A stretch of 64,000 nucleotides of DNA from an uncultured delta proteobacterium. GTDB lineage: Bacteria; Desulfobacterota; Binatia; DP-6. The translations under genes were made by a program, and so were the position numbers. Shown here piece by piece: positions 17,826-28,482 of this stretch. Where the stretch lies: contig CAWFFN010000012.1 in NCBI GenBank assembly GCA_963815115.1, positions 608,001 through 672,000 on the forward strand, given 5' to 3'. Position 1 is the stretch's first letter; each line of letters opens with the position of its first letter. The notes under the pieces were generated by a model, which saw nothing but the letters and a program-made list of their open reading frames with translations, did no database searches and was not told where the DNA came from.

Positions 17826-19004
17826 CGCTGCGCGGTCCTGGCAGCCTCCGTCGCCGACGTCCCGCCGAGGGCGTCGGCGACGGCGGCGCTCAGGAGGTCG
17901 GCCGAACGATCCTCGGTGGCCAGGGCGGCGCCCGCCGCCTGCGCCGCCGCCGGACGCTCCTTGCCGGAGCGGATCGCGGCGGCCAGCTGCTCGAGCGATG
18001 CCGTCAGCCGGAAGTCGTGGCCGCCGAGCACGGCCAGTCGCGCGGCGGCGTCGTCCCCCCGCCCGTCGGCCGCATCGTACGCCGCCAGCAGCATCCCCGC
18101 CGCCGCGTGCACGTAGGCCTCGTCGCTGGCCTCCGCCTTCGCGGCTTCCGGCGCTGCTGCGGCAGGCCCTTCCAGCCGCCAGAGGGCGAGCGCGCGCCGC
18201 AGGCGGACCCAGCGCAGCTCGCGCTGCACGTTGCGCCACGCGCCATCCACCCCTCCCTCGTCCAGCCCGCGCGGCACCTTGCGCTCGCTCGCCCGCAGCA
18301 GGGCTTCCGCCTTCTCCCAGTCCCCGCGCGCGAGGAGCAGGTTCGCGCGGACGGAGTCCTGGATCATCTGCGCCACCACCTCGGCCGGGACACGGTCGAG
18401 CTGCCGCCGCGCGGCCGTGGAATCGCCGGCGAGCAGCTGCCAGCGCGCCAGCTCGAGACGGGGGCCGTCGCTCCAGGCGCTCGACGCGGCGGCGAGGCCC
18501 TTCAACGTGACCCGCGCCGTGGTCCGATCGCCGGAAGCGACGAGCGCACGCGCCAGCAGCAGACCGCTCCGCTCGTCGCCCGCATCGAGCTTGGTCGCCG
18601 TGCGGGCGTAGCCGACCGCCACGGCAGGCGCCCCCGCCGCGAGCGCCGTCGAGGCGCACAGGGCGGCGGTGTGGCCGCCGGCAGCTCCGCGAGCATGCGG
18701 GCTGGTCTGGTCCTCGGCGAGCAGCTGGTCGAAGACCGCACGCGCCTCGGACTCGCGACCGGCGCGCAGCAGGGCCCCGGCCCAGCGCAGCCGGTCGCCC
18801 TGGGCGAGCGTGTCCTTGGCGCGCGTCTCGTAGACCGCCAGGGCCTCCTTCAGCTTCCCGTCCCGGTCGAGCTTCAGGGCCATGTAGAAGGGCGGAGGGC
18901 CGGCTTCGGACTGTACCGGTGCGTCGCCCGGTGTCGGCCCAGGACGGCGCGGCCAGGAGCAGAACGAGGCAGGGGAGGTTCGTGAGCACGCGTCGGATCG
19001 TCAT
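17822..19004 (-). CDS. Exported TPR-like helical-repeat protein; +1 frameshift near 18927-18929
   Basis: Ala/Leu/Arg-rich helical repeats (ORF 17822..18883). The signal peptide MTIRRVLTNLPCLVLLLAAPSWA starts at ATG 19004, one frame off. Confidence 0.7.
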
Positions 19005-19078
19005 GTCGGGTGGCCCGGGTAGTGTCCGGGACCCGGCGCACAGGGGAGGACGCCGGGTCCCGGAGCAGGTTCTGGGGT

Positions 19079-20488
19079 TCAGATCGTGTTCAGGAAGTCC
19101 ACCACCGCCTGTTGATCGGTGGCGGAGAGTCCGTTGAACCCGTTTCGAGCTGCGGTTGCCTGACCGTCGTGCAGCTTGATCGCGTCGGCGATCGACTCGC
19201 CGCGGCCGTCGTGCAGGAAGCGGCTCTTCCCCCGGACGCCCCAGAGCGGAGCCGTCCGCATCATGCGAGGTCCGGCCGCGCCCGACGTGATGCCGTCTCC
19301 GAGCGCTCCCATGTCGTGCAGCAGGAAGTCGGAGTAGGGATGGATGGTCTCGTTCCCGAGGAACTGGTTGAGGCTCGCGCTGATGGGGACGCCTCCGGTC
19401 GTCTTCGGGATGAAGGCCGCCGGGTTGGCCGCCGTCTGGATGGTGGAGACATGGCAGCCCGAGCAGCCGAGGGACGAGAACAGGCCCGCGCCACGCCGGG
19501 CCGAGCTGGTCTGCGCCAGCACCGGGGGCGCGTCCAGCATGCGCATGAAGTCGGCGAAGTGGTCGATGTCCGCCCGACCGGTCTCGTCGGTGGTGTCCTC
19601 CGGATCGTCGTTCGCGTCGAGCAGGACGCCGAACTGGCTCCTGTTGAGCGCGCACCTGCTGCGCTCGTTGGGCTGATCGGGGCTCGTGATGCCCATCTCG
19701 TTCAGATAGGCGTCCGAGGCGAATCCGCGCAGGGTCGCGATGTCGTCCTTCCATCCGAAGCGTGCGACGCGCGTGGCGCCGAGCTCGTTGACCTGCTTGA
19801 CGGTGCCCCGGATCGACGACGGCTGATTGGCGGCGATGGCGGTGAGCGTCGAGTCGGCGATCGCCTCGATGAAGCCGAAGCCGAAGAGCGGCGTCGACTG
19901 GCGCTCGGCGGTGCAGTTCCCGCCGTTCAGGAACGCGGTGCTCGTCGGATCGCAGATCGGCAGCGTGGTGAGGAACGTCGTCCGGGTCGCTTCCTCGTTC
20001 TGGCACTTCGAGAGGTTGCACCTGGGCGAGCTGATCTGGCAGCCGATCGGCGTGGCCTCGACGCCCGTCGGGAAGATGGTCTGGTTGCCCTGCTTCTGCG
20101 GGCCGAGGCGCAGGATGTTGTCGCTGGCGAAGAGGTGCAGCGGTCCGCCGGCGTTGTTGTTGCGTACGCGGATCTCGTTGATGAAGCCGCCCGAGCCGCC
20201 GAGCGCGGGCTGGAAGTGGCAGCTTCCGCAGGCGCGGCTGTTGAAGATCGGTCCCATCTGCGGCAGGGTCTCGACCTCCGAGAAGTCGATCTGGCCGTCC
20301 GCGAACAGTGCGAAGTTGGCGGTGTTGCCGTTGGCCACCTCGCCGATGACGCCGAGCAGGGGGATGCCGAACCCGGACAGGTTCGGGATGTTGGTGTTGA
20401 GCGGGAGCTGAGCGCGGGCCGGTGCGGCGAGGGCGACGAGCCCGACGACGGCGCCCGCTACGGTCGAGTTCCAGAAACTGTGTCGCAT
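19079..20488 (-). CDS. Di-heme oxidoreductase (DHOR) family cytochrome c protein
   Basis: GGAGGAG RBS and signal peptide. GPIFNSRACGSCH, TPLFGFGFIEAI, RFGWK, AYLNEMGIT, GCSGCH, YSDFLLHDMG, RTAPLWG and FLHDGR motifs. Confidence 0.92.
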   Translation of the reverse strand: MRHSFWNSTVAGAVVGLVALAAPARAQLPLNTNIPNLSGFGIPLLGVIGEVANGNTANFALFADGQIDFSEVETLPQMGPIFNSRACGSCHFQPALGGSGGFINEIRVRNNNAGGPLHLFASDNILRLGPQKQGNQTIFPTGVEATPIGCQISSPRCNLSKCQNEEATRTTFLTTLPICDPTSTAFLNGGNCTAERQSTPLFGFGFIEAIADSTLTAIAANQPSSIRGTVKQVNELGATRVARFGWKDDIATLRGFASDAYLNEMGITSPDQPNERSRCALNRSQFGVLLDANDDPEDTTDETGRADIDHFADFMRMLDAPPVLAQTSSARRGAGLFSSLGCSGCHVSTIQTAANPAAFIPKTTGGVPISASLNQFLGNETIHPYSDFLLHDMGALGDGITSGAAGPRMMRTAPLWGVRGKSRFLHDGRGESIADAIKLHDGQATAARNGFNGLSATDQQAVVDFLNTI

Positions 20489-20729
20489 GTACTCCTCCGG
20501 CTGTCGTATCGATGTTTCGTGCATCGACCAGCTGACGGGGCACCGTCCTCGGCAATCGGGCCGGCCCCCCGGACAAGGCTCGCTTCCGTGCCGGGCGGGG
20601 CGCGTCCGCGACCGCAACCACTGCGACGTCCGTGGCACGCGACACCCGTGCTCACCCCGGCTTCGCTCAGGGATGCACCGATCATGAATTTTGTGATTGA
20701 GCGCCGCTGCGGCGCTCGACTCACGTCAC

Positions 20730-20744
20730 GCAAGATCGATGCCG
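20730..20744 (-). promoter_or_regulatory. Candidate sigma54 -24/-12 promoter for the DHOR-TPR genes
   Basis: Minus strand CGGCAT-CGATC-TTGC, immediately downstream of a sigma54 activator gene. Confidence 0.55.
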
Positions 20745-20861
20745 CGCTTCGAGTCCCGAATTGCGGTCAGATCGCGTGAGCCGGGCGGCGGACTGCTTCC
20801 ATCGGACACACCTCGGCTGCTCCTCGCTGTGTCCGCCGGACGCAGATGGCGGCGCGCAGGG

Positions 20862-22361
<1,500 letters not shown>

Positions 22362-22861
22362 GGTCTCGGACGCGAACGGCTCCAGGTGATCGCCGCCGCC
22401 GCGAGCGGCGCGTGTTCGACACTCGTCGCGTGCGTGGGCTGGCGTCGGTGCCGCCAAATCCCGTGACCCCCCGTGCATGTCCAGTGAACCTGCGTGAAGC
22501 GCCGCACGTTTACTCTCGGAGTGCGCGCGCAGTCAAGGTGAGCGCCGCGCGCGTTGCGCGCGCAAATCGAGGCGAAGCACCGCATTGAATCTTCATGCGA
22601 CGCTTGATGCGCGTCACCAGTGAATGACGCATCGCTATCGCCGCGAGGCGGGTGCGTCTGCGACGCAGCGGGACGCGATCGAACGCGGAGCGTCAGCGTT
22701 CGACCGCCATCCTGACTGCGACCTTTGGGCGGCTCCACCGCCCGATTGGACGTCAACGGAAATTGGCGTGCGCGCGTCGGTGCGACGGAATCTGCCGAAT
22801 CCAGCTTCCCGACGCGCTGGAGAAGTAGTCAAGCGACCGATACACCGCATCGACGAGGCTC

Positions 22862-23191
22862 TGTCTCAAGTCGGTCGACAACCGGCTGCAACCTCCCGGC
22901 ATGCAGGACAGCGTGATCATGAGCGAGGATGCGTTCGGCCACTCGGGCTTCGGCGGCTCGATCGGATTCGCCGATCCGGAGGCCCGTCCAGCAACGGACC
23001 ATCCGGCTGCACCGGGAGCTGCTCGAGGACGAGGTCCGGCGCGGGGGGCGCTCACCCTACCGGTCGACGTGCACACGATGGCCTACGCCCTGGTCCGCAT
23101 CGCCGAGTGGTTTCTCTACGCCGACGCCATCGCGGGGGAGCGGCCCGACCTCGAGAAGGCAGAGGAGATCCTCCGGCTCGTGCTCCGCTGA
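22862..23191 (+). pseudogene. Chimeric remnant: C-terminal fragment of a beta-lactamase-fold serine hydrolase joined to a QsdR/TetR-like C-terminal fragment
   Basis: KSVDNRLQPPGMQDSVIMSEDAFGHSGFGGSIGFADPEAR is a class C beta-lactamase/EstB-type C-terminal motif. It is followed by PVQQRTIRLHRELLEDEVRRG/ALTLPVDVHTMAYALVRIAEWFLYADAIAGERPD, with a frameshift in the G6 run at 23043..23048. Confidence 0.6.
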
Positions 23192-23358
23192 GCGGGGTCG
23201 TCGGCGGCGTCGCTGTCGGGCCGCTGCTGGAGGGGATTTCTGCCACGCGATGCCGCCGGACGGGGCAGGGTGCCGCCCGCGTGGTGAGCACGCGTGACGT
23301 CCGGGTATCCACTCGAAAGGTCTCCTGCGTGGCCGCTGATTTGCTATGGTGGGACGAT

Positions 23359-24363
23359 ATGCTCGGAGTCGCACGAGCCGAGACGTCTGCACTCGTCATC
23401 ACCCGGCCGGCGGAACGGACCGCGCCGGCTCGCCGGCTCGCCTGCCTGGACGCCTGCCGCGGCATCGCCGTCATCGGCATGCTGGTTGCCAACCTGGTCA
23501 ACGTCTGCCTGCACGACGTCCCGCGGGTCCTGACGCACAACTACGGAGACACGCTCCGCCTGTTCGACCTCCCGGCACCCCTCTTCCAGTTCCTGGTCGG
23601 GGTGTCGCTGCCACTGTTCCTGAGGCAGCGCCGTCGGGCGGGACGTGGGGAGCGCGAGGCCGGTCTGGACGCCGTCCGGCGCTTCTCGTTGCTCATCGCG
23701 CTCGGCGTCCTACTCGACGGGGCCGGTGCGCTGTCGCTCGTGCCGCGCTGGGGCGTGCTGCAGACGCTGGGGCTCGGCGGTATCATCGCGACTGCGTTCG
23801 TCGGGCTGCCGCGATCGGCGAGCGTGGCGGTCGCCCTGGTATTGCTTGCGCTCTTCTCGGGCCTCGCGAACGGCGTCGTGCACGCGAGCCCCGAGGCCGC
23901 GCTGGCCTTCGTGCCGCTCACGTTCGCCGGCCTGTTCGTGGGAGAGGCGTTCGCTCGAGAGGGCGGAGCGCGAGTCGCCGCGCGGCGGGCCGCGTACCTT
24001 GCCGCCGTGACGTTCCCGCTCGCCGCCGGCCTCTGGGCGGGCGGCGTGCCGTTCAACAAGCTGATCGGCACCAGCAGCTTCGTCGCGCTGTCCACGGCAA
24101 CCTCGGCGACGGTGTTTGCACTCGCCGCCCGGGTGGATGCCGAAGGAGGCCGGTTCCCCGCCTGGCTGCTCGCGACCGGTCGCAGTGCGCTCACTGCCTG
24201 GGTGCTGCTCTACGTGCTGGTGTACTATCCTGCCTGGCTCGTGTTCCCGGGCTGGGAGCGCCTCGCGTTGTCGCGGGGGCTGGTGGCCGTCGCGGCGATC
24301 ACCGCCGTGCTGTGCGCCACGACGGTCTCGCTCGAGCGGCGCAGCATCCGCGTCCCGCTCTGA
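23359..24363 (+). CDS. HGSNAT/DUF1624-like membrane acyltransferase
   Basis: RLACLDACRGIAVIGMLVAN, DLPAPLFQFLVGVS, WGVLQTLG and PFNK..GTSSF motifs; multiple TM segments. Confidence 0.85.
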   Translation: MLGVARAETSALVITRPAERTAPARRLACLDACRGIAVIGMLVANLVNVCLHDVPRVLTHNYGDTLRLFDLPAPLFQFLVGVSLPLFLRQRRRAGRGEREAGLDAVRRFSLLIALGVLLDGAGALSLVPRWGVLQTLGLGGIIATAFVGLPRSASVAVALVLLALFSGLANGVVHASPEAALAFVPLTFAGLFVGEAFAREGGARVAARRAAYLAAVTFPLAAGLWAGGVPFNKLIGTSSFVALSTATSATVFALAARVDAEGGRFPAWLLATGRSALTAWVLLYVLVYYPAWLVFPGWERLALSRGLVAVAAITAVLCATTVSLERRSIRVPL

Positions 24364-24369
24364 AGAACC

Positions 24370-24394
24370 CGACCCGACACGGAGTCTCGGGTCG
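24370..24394. repeat. Solo REP-like hairpin, end unit of the palindromic element
   Basis: CGACCCGACAC-GGA-GTCTCGGGTCG between convergent stop codons, one mismatch from the element's terminal hairpin. Confidence 0.7.
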
Positions 24395-24398
24395 CGCT

Positions 24399-24761
24399 CT
24401 ACTCGAGCAGCTCCAGGACGCGTTCCGACGGGCGTGCGATGACCGCACGCTGGCCCTGGATCACGACCGGGCGCTCCATCAGCTCTGGATGGCGGAGCAG
24501 CAGGTCGACCACCTGCGAGCGCGTGACGTAGTCCTCGGCGCGCAGGCCGAGCTCCCGGAAGCGCTTGTCCTTGCGGACGAGGTCTGCTGGAGGGCCGCCC
24601 AGCAGTCCGAGGATGCGCTCGAGCGTGGCTGGATCGGGCGGATGGTCGAGATACTCGATCACATCGGCCTCCAGGCCCCGCTGGCGCAGGATCTCGAGCG
24701 CTCCGCGCGACTTCCCGCACGCGGGGTTGTGGTAGATGGTGACGGAGCCGTCGGCGCTCAT
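24399..24761 (-). CDS. arsC: Arsenate reductase (glutaredoxin-type ArsC/Spx family)
   Basis: TIYHNPACGKSR, LMERPVV and ARP motifs. Confidence 0.85.
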   Translation of the reverse strand: MSADGSVTIYHNPACGKSRGALEILRQRGLEADVIEYLDHPPDPATLERILGLLGGPPADLVRKDKRFRELGLRAEDYVTRSQVVDLLLRHPELMERPVVIQGQRAVIARPSERVLELLE

Positions 24762-24856
24762 CCGTGCTGGTGGTACTGCGGATCGGCACGGACGTCCAGC
24801 CGCTGGCAGCGGCCGCACTTGCCATCGCCCCCGCGCATCAGTAGGTCGCGACGGGG

Positions 24857-26071
24857 ATGCGGCGCCTGCTGGAGCTGGTCGAGCTGGAGGACGTCGTCGA
24901 CATCCTGCTCGTCACCACGCTGGTCTACACCGCCGTGGTCTGGATCCGCCGCACCCAGGCGGCGTTCGTCGCCATCGGTCTCTTCCTCCTGGCCGTGCTC
25001 TACGTGCTGGCCGAGGCGTTCGATCTCCAGCTCACGACGGCCATCTTCCGCAGCTTCTTCGCCATCTCGGTGGTGATCATCGTGGTGCTCTTCCAGGAGG
25101 AGCTGCGGCAGCTCTTCGAACGCCTGGGCGTGTGGAGCATGCGCCGGGGACGGTCGACCGCCGCCCGGTCCGCGCCCGCCGACATCCTGGTCGAGGCGCT
25201 CACCGACCTCGCGCGCCAGCGCGTCGGCGCGCTCGTCGTGCTGCCGGGAACGCAGCCGATCGCTCGCCACGTGCGCGGCGGCCTCGCGCTCGACGGGGTG
25301 CTGAGCGTGCCGCTCGTGAAGAGCATCTTCGACCCCCACTCCCCGGGACACGACGGAGCGGTGATCGTCGACGGCGATCGCGTGATCCGCTTTGCGGCGC
25401 ATCTCCCGCTGTCGACCAACTTCCTCGCCCTGGTCGGCGTCGGAACCCGGCACAGCGCCGCGCTGGGGCTCGCCGAGCTGACCGATGCCCTCTGCCTCGT
25501 GGTATCCGAGGAGCGAGGCGAGATCTCGGTGGCGCGCGACGGCAGACTTCGACGCCTGACCGATCCCGCGACCCTGAGCGCGGAGCTGGGACGCTTCCTG
25601 CACCAGCTCCGGCCGGACGACGGCGAGCGACGCTCCTTCTGGCTTCAGCTGCTGCGCGAGCACTGGGCCGAGAAGATCGCCTCGCTCGTGTTCGTGTCGG
25701 CGCTGTGGCTCGCGGTGGTCCCCGGAGCGCGCCCGCTCGAACGGACCTTCCGGGTGCCGGTGCAAGTCGCCAACCTGCCGCCCGAGCTGGTGGTCGACGA
25801 GGTGAAGCCGAAGGACGTGGAGGTGAAGCTGGCCGGGCTGCGCCGGGAGTTCTACCTGTTCAATCCCCGCTTCCTCCGCATCACCGTCGATGCTCGCCTG
25901 GCAAGCGCCGGCCGGAAGACCTTCCAGGTCCTCGACCGCGATCTCCGCTACCCGAAGGCGCTCACGCTCGACGGGATCGAGCCGGACAGCGTGCGGATCA
26001 CGGTGCGGCGGGCCGAGACGCCCGCGCCCCCCGAGGAAACACCCGCCGAGCCCGAGTCGCCCGTGCCCTGA
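24857..26071 (+). CDS. Diadenylate cyclase (CdaA-type, three TM helices plus DAC domain) fused to a YbbR/CdaR-like domain
   Basis: VLFQEELR, GALVV, HDGAVI, GTRHSAALGL and VVSEERG motifs. These are followed by a TM (EKIASLVFVSALW) and a VPVQVANLP...PKDVEVKL...IEPDSVRITV YbbR-like domain. Confidence 0.9.
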   Translation: MRRLLELVELEDVVDILLVTTLVYTAVVWIRRTQAAFVAIGLFLLAVLYVLAEAFDLQLTTAIFRSFFAISVVIIVVLFQEELRQLFERLGVWSMRRGRSTAARSAPADILVEALTDLARQRVGALVVLPGTQPIARHVRGGLALDGVLSVPLVKSIFDPHSPGHDGAVIVDGDRVIRFAAHLPLSTNFLALVGVGTRHSAALGLAELTDALCLVVSEERGEISVARDGRLRRLTDPATLSAELGRFLHQLRPDDGERRSFWLQLLREHWAEKIASLVFVSALWLAVVPGARPLERTFRVPVQVANLPPELVVDEVKPKDVEVKLAGLRREFYLFNPRFLRITVDARLASAGRKTFQVLDRDLRYPKALTLDGIEPDSVRITVRRAETPAPPEETPAEPESPVP

Positions 26072-26077
26072 CGCCTC

Positions 26078-26779
26078 GTGTATCCGACCTGGAACACCTT
26101 CTATCACAGTGACGTCCAGGGGCTCTGGGGCCTCATCGTCCTGCCGGCGCTGTTTCTCCTCGTCCGGCCCTGGCGGCGTCCGCGGCGTGCGGGTGCCGAC
26201 CCGCGAGCGGCGGACTTCGTGTGTGCCTGGGCGACGGTGTTCACCCTCGAGACGATCGCCGATCCGCCGGCCATCGTTCTTCTCGGCCTGCCCGTCCTCC
26301 CCTTCGTTCTCCTCGGCGACTTCCGGGTCTTTCTCCTCGTGCTGGGCGTCGCCGAGCCCGACCGGCCGCTCGCCGGAACCATCGCGCGTGCCGCCGCCTG
26401 GACGATGGTCGTGCCGCTGATCGCGTGGTCGTCGTACCGGCTGGCGATCGTCCTCGCCGGCCCGATACCCGAGCTGGTGCTCTGGCTGGTCTACGAGATC
26501 GCCTTCGTCGCCCTGGCGCTCTGGTGGCGAGCGCGCCGCGTCCCGGCACGCCGGCCGATCGCGCTCCGCTACCTGCGCGCGGTGCTGGCGTACGTCGCCG
26601 TGTACTATGCCCTCTGGGGAGTGGCCGACGTGCTGCTCCTCGCGGGCTTCGACGCGGGCTGGGCGCTCCGCGTGATCCCGAATCAGCTCTACTACTCGTT
26701 CTGGGTGCCGGTCGCCTGGGGGCTGTTCTTCTCGCGCCGGTACGCCTCGACGAGGAGCCCGGTCCAGGCGCGGAGGTAG
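26078..26779 (+). CDS. Hypothetical multi-pass membrane protein
   Basis: About seven hydrophobic segments and a GTG start 6 nt after the DAC stop; likely co-transcribed. Confidence 0.8.
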   Translation: MYPTWNTFYHSDVQGLWGLIVLPALFLLVRPWRRPRRAGADPRAADFVCAWATVFTLETIADPPAIVLLGLPVLPFVLLGDFRVFLLVLGVAEPDRPLAGTIARAAAWTMVVPLIAWSSYRLAIVLAGPIPELVLWLVYEIAFVALALWWRARRVPARRPIALRYLRAVLAYVAVYYALWGVADVLLLAGFDAGWALRVIPNQLYYSFWVPVAWGLFFSRRYASTRSPVQARR

Positions 26780-28482
26780 CGCAGCCCGCGCGCCGCATCG
26801 GCGCCCCGCGGATCGCCGACGGTGCCCTCGGGCGCGTGCATCCGGAGATCGGGATGGAACAGCTTCTGGGCGTCGTCGGTGCCGGTGAGCAGTCCCGCCG
26901 ACAGCGCCCCGCTGCGCACGCGCGCGGGAGCGAGGGCGAGGAGGATGGAGGTCTCGACCTCGCCGGCGTGATGGCCGGCGGCCGCTGGATCGACTCCGGC
27001 CGCCGCGCTCTCGGCGTGCAGCACGGCCGTCAGACGATCCAGATCGGTGAAGGCATCGACCTCGACGGCGCCGCAGTCACGGCGCAGCGCGGGCAGCCCG
27101 GCACGCAGCGGCTCCGCGTTGCCGCCGTGCGCGGAGAAGATGAACGCCCGGGCAATGCCATGGCGGCCGAGGGCGCGGATCGTGTCACGCAGCACCGCCA
27201 TCAGCGTCGCCGGCTCCACGTGCAGCGTCCCCGGAAACGACAGGTGCTCGCTGGCGCACCCGATGGGCAGGGTCGGACACGCGACGGCGTCGCCCACCGC
27301 CGCGCACAGGCGCTCGGCCAGCGCGTCACCGATCGCGGTGTCGGTGTCGAGCGGCAGGTGAGGGCCGTGCTGCTCCGTCGAGCCGAGCGGCAGCACGGCC
27401 GTCCGGCAGCCGCGCGCGACCAGCGCCGCGACCTCGGGCCAGACGTGCTCCGCCATGCGCCGGCCCGCCGGCAGCGCTGCCAGGGCATAGAGCGGCTGCT
27501 CGCGGTCGCGTCCGGGCCAGCGCACCTGATCCACGGCGCGTGCCTCGAGATCGCGCAGCAGGAGCGTGTTCAGCTGCATCTCGTGCTCGAGCAGGGCAAG
27601 GGGCATCGGCAGCGTCGCAGGCAGGCGGACGAGCGCGTGGCGCTGCGGGACGAGCACGGCCTCCAGGCGCGCGAGGAGCGGCTCCTCGTCGCGCGCGTCC
27701 GGGCGGGTCAGCGCGAGAAAGGTGGCGGGTGCCGCGAACGCCTGCTGGAACGGTCCGTGCGCGAACTCGAGCGGGTCCCACACCGGCGGCAGCGGGCGGA
27801 GCATGCCTTCGAGCACCTTGCGCCGGAGGTTGCTCACCAGGTCGACGTAGGATCCCGACGCGACGAGCGCGAGAGGCGCGGCGAGCGTCGCGGGCGTGAC
27901 GGCGGCCACGGCCGCCGGGGCGGCCTCCAGCGCGGCCTCGAGGCCGCCGTGCGGCACGGGAACGCGGACGCCGAAGCTGCCCGCGAGCCGCAGCGCACAC
28001 ACGAGGCCGGTGAGCGGGCCGATGACACGAACCAGCGTCCCGTACTCGTCCTCGCCGGCAAAGTGCACCACCGCGATGCCGCGCCCGCGAAGCGGCGCCA
28101 GCCGACCGGGGTCGGTCACGGCCGTCGCCAGCACCAGACGCTGCCAGCGCGCGGCATGGGTGAGGACGAGCTGGGCGTTCGGCGACAGTCCCTGGGAGAA
28201 GACGACGAGGGCGTCGTCGGCGTGCTCCGGGCCGGGCGCGAGCAGTGCGCTGGGGGGAAGGAAGCGGGCGGGGAGGGTGGTGTGCTCCGCGACCAGGTGG
28301 GCGAGGAGACGGGCGTGCGCTTCGGAGCTGCCGATCCCGGTCGTCGCCAGCCGGCGAGCTCGCAGCGGGCCGAGATCGAGCGCCACGTCCGTCTCGCGGG
28401 CGGCGCGGGCGACGATCGCGGGCAGCCGCGCCACCCGTTCCGTGAGGATCCGGTGGCCCTCGCGCCAGCCGTCACCCGTCAT
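26692..28482 (-). CDS. SIS (sugar-phosphate isomerase) domain fused to a creatininase-family amidohydrolase
   Basis: N-half has TTGIGSSEAHA, VFSQG and EFAHGP (GlmS/SIS-like). C-half has LPLGSTEQHGPHLPLDTD, SEHLSFPGT, HGGN and HAGEVET (creatininase/MftE/ArfB). ATG overlaps the upstream TGA (ATGA). Confidence 0.88.
   Translation of the reverse strand: MTGDGWREGHRILTERVARLPAIVARAARETDVALDLGPLRARRLATTGIGSSEAHARLLAHLVAEHTTLPARFLPPSALLAPGPEHADDALVVFSQGLSPNAQLVLTHAARWQRLVLATAVTDPGRLAPLRGRGIAVVHFAGEDEYGTLVRVIGPLTGLVCALRLAGSFGVRVPVPHGGLEAALEAAPAAVAAVTPATLAAPLALVASGSYVDLVSNLRRKVLEGMLRPLPPVWDPLEFAHGPFQQAFAAPATFLALTRPDARDEEPLLARLEAVLVPQRHALVRLPATLPMPLALLEHEMQLNTLLLRDLEARAVDQVRWPGRDREQPLYALAALPAGRRMAEHVWPEVAALVARGCRTAVLPLGSTEQHGPHLPLDTDTAIGDALAERLCAAVGDAVACPTLPIGCASEHLSFPGTLHVEPATLMAVLRDTIRALGRHGIARAFIFSAHGGNAEPLRAGLPALRRDCGAVEVDAFTDLDRLTAVLHAESAAAGVDPAAAGHHAGEVETSILLALAPARVRSGALSAGLLTGTDDAQKLFHPDLRMHAPEGTVGDPRGADAARGLRYLRAWTGLLVEAYRREKNSPQATGTQNE

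Noticed and set aside
24399-24761. Arsenic resistance operon
   Set aside because: A lone ArsC/Spx-family gene with no arsR, arsB or acr3 nearby.
26692-27460. Mycofactocin MftE assignment for the creatininase domain
   Set aside because: The fold is the same, but no mftA/B/C/D/F genes are in the window and the domain is fused to SIS beside a GTP cyclohydrolase.
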